Positions 61,690 to 64,000 of a DNA stretch of 64,000 bases are shown one piece after another; the first letter of the stretch is position 1, and every line of letters starts with the position of its first letter. The position numbers and the translations under genes were made by a program. Under the pieces are notes generated by a model, which saw only the letters and a program-made list of their open reading frames with translations, was not told the origin of the DNA and ran no database searches. Source of the stretch: Microbotryum violaceum (taxonomy: Eukaryota); assembly GCA_001244265.2 (NCBI GenBank), contig CDLV01000011.1:1426001-1490000 (forward strand). Direction: 5' to 3'.

Positions 61690-63421
61690 TCACTTGGGGT
61701 CCGCAAGCCCAAAGAGACGGTTTTTGACGTCGAAAGCAGCGTACACGCCGGTCAAGAACGAATCGCCCAGAATCCATGCCGATCCTAGTCCGAGGTCCAT
61801 GCCGACTACTGCGCCGAGGCATCGAGTCGTGTTACCGCTCACGTGTCCGAGGTTAAAGGCTATTTTCGCGGAGGATGATTGGATTAGTCCGTATGTAAGA
61901 AAGAAGTTTCGGCCCGGACGGTGGAAACACTGACTCGACGCAGACACCATCCATTGTCGTCCTGTACCTCCGAGTACGAACCCGACCTTGGGCGCGTTCT
62001 TACAAGGGTAGGTCCACGATTGCGAGTCGTGTTTCTTCGAACCGGGGACTTTGGCCCAGAATTTCTTGGCGCCGTCGAGAGGGGCGACGATGAGGGTCGT
62101 ACCCGAGTCGAGGATGTATTGTACTCGCGAGGTGGATACGACTTTATTGTTGATGTAGGCGGCACCTGTGTGGTCGGAAAAATAGATCTATTCAGTACGG
62201 TTACTGCCGAGTATGTGGTGTGTATTTGTTGGAACGCACTGTTTGCCACCTGCCAATACGTGTACGACCAAGCGCCCTTCGTCTTGCCGACTTTGTACCA
62301 CGTCAAGTCGCCCGCAATATGGTTCGGACTGATGCCACCGAATGTGATCAATGAAGCACCAGCGATATTCGACAGTCGAAGTCCGAAGCGACTGTGGGTC
62401 GTGTCTTGGGCGTATTGCGTCCAGGGTAGGGTCGTTAGACCCGACGCAGAAAGCTCGGAGAAGGCGAGTCCCAAGCTTTTTTGGCGAATCGGAGTAGGTA
62501 CAGACTTTAGAGGTCAGCCTCGAGCCTAGAGGAAAAAAGATATGAAACTTTCGAGGCTCCTACTTACAGTCCATCACTTGGTAAGCCCTTGACGGTCTTT
62601 GACATGGACGTCGACGAGATAATCGCTTGTTTGGTAACGCTGATGCCTCCTACCTTGACCGTATCGGTCACGACGCTCCCTTCCGTCGTCGTGCCATCGA
62701 CATAGTTCGTCTCGACCTGTCCACCCGTTGACTTTCCCGTCGAACTTTGGCCGACGTTGTACCGAGTCTTGGATCCACAGCTTGAATTAGGGCACTTGTT
62801 TGAAGCGAGGGTCATATCGGCACTACCGGTGTCGAAGTAGATGCTGAATTTTTTCGCGGGCGTCCCAATGTATACGGGTCCAGTCCAAATGCCCTCGCTC
62901 GGCATGCTCAGTGACTGAGCTGCACGTTTTTGAATCCTCTTCGCAGTCGCATTCACGTCCCTGACTGATCCCATGTTGTTGAGGTTGTTCAGATTCTATG
63001 GAAGAGGCGCGGGGTCGTCAGGGTCTCGGTAATGGGAAAAATCGACGCGCGAAGCACAGCAAGCGAGTTGGGGATGAGGACAGACGCGTTCGTATTTACT
63101 GTAGTGTGAGAAGGAGTTCAGTCAGGACATGAGACTTGTGTGATCCAAGCACGTCTTCGAATGGCCAGGCTCGCTGCTCGAAGCAGCCTCCTCGGTGCTT
63201 GCCGCTCGGACCCTCCGCTCCGGCACTCACTTCGACAAGAGCGCGAATTCGCGTTGCAGTCGATCGAGGGCGACTGATCCATCAGTATTCTTGATACGAG
63301 CGGTGGCTCGTTCCAAGAACACGTTCGTCGTGGGTTGCGATTGGTTTAGAGAGTGTGGGGCCGCTTGGACGAGACCGAGTAAAGTTAGGATGATGAGCAG
63401 TCCAGGCGACGGGTCGATCAT
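61690..63421 (-). CDS. Secreted pepsin-like (A1) aspartic protease
   Basis: Signal peptide 'MIDPSPGLLIILTLLGLVQAAP'; catalytic 'IYFDTGSADM' and 'YILDSGTTLI'; flap 'NYVDG'; 'WILGDSFL'. Confidence 0.93.
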
Positions 63422-64000
63422 GTTCACGCGCGTGGAGCGAGACCGGGAGGGAGGCTGGGAAAGGGTTGAGCGCGGCGCGACGCGTGCCAGGGGTGGGCTT
63501 AAAGTTAAATCTGAACGGTGTCCGGCGGAGCCGAGTCCGAGGCGGTAGCGAGTGGCGGAGGAAGCGAGACACGGGTAGCTGTTCAGCTGTAGTAGAGTCG
63601 AGAACTGAGTGGACGTGAGAGGACGTGGAGGATGGCCGGGCATCAACGGAGTCGAGCCTGCCCAGTGGTGACCAGTGGTGACCAGTGCTGGCAGGCGCTG
63701 GCGGGCGCCGGCGGGCAGCGATCTCCGGCTCCAGAGGCTATTAGACGATCCTGCAGTTGCTTGGCAAGGAAGATCTTCTTTTGATTCCGAACATCTCACT
63801 GCGGTCGTCGTGCCGAGGGACCCACCCGAAGCTCGATGCACAGGTACTTAGGCCCCAGCGAAACACACAAGTGGAATCCTATATCGTGCAAATTTGTGGA
63901 AGTAGATACTTCGTTTCACCGACAGCCCAGCGTGCATAGTTAGGGGCTCGAAATTCGCACTCCTGCTGTGATGCTCAAGCCATCACACATAGCCCCACGC

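Overview
Gene-dense eukaryotic DNA with short GT-AG introns. It is probably from a basidiomycete fungus (Microbotryomycetes-like; this is inferred from protein style and intron pattern, not tested). About 20 host genes can be reconstructed by reading across introns: separase (5' part), COQ9, an apparently damaged expansin-like gene, a membrane hybrid histidine kinase, an unknown membrane protein, a Flo8/Som1-type LisH regulator, Cwc23, RNPS1, V-ATPase G, G3BP/Nxt3, Nse1, a YANK kinase, Clf1, UDP-glucose dehydrogenase, a small orphan gene, MesA/Afi1, an MFSD1-like transporter, Nbs1, Orc5 and a secreted aspartic protease. The accessory part is one complete 7455-bp CACTA/CMC DNA transposon (17286-24740). 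It has CACTGAG termini, a TAC target-site duplication, GGGTAWTACCC subterminal arrays and two divergent genes. The stand-out observation is a 554-bp antisense piece of 28S rRNA inserted into a transposase exon between exact 8-bp direct repeats (GACTTCTG). Removing it restores the reading frame. It also carries splice-like signals that could remove most of it in frame, and its 5' end lies where the 28S 'hidden break' falls in other eukaryotes. Exon boundaries were read by eye and no database search was run.
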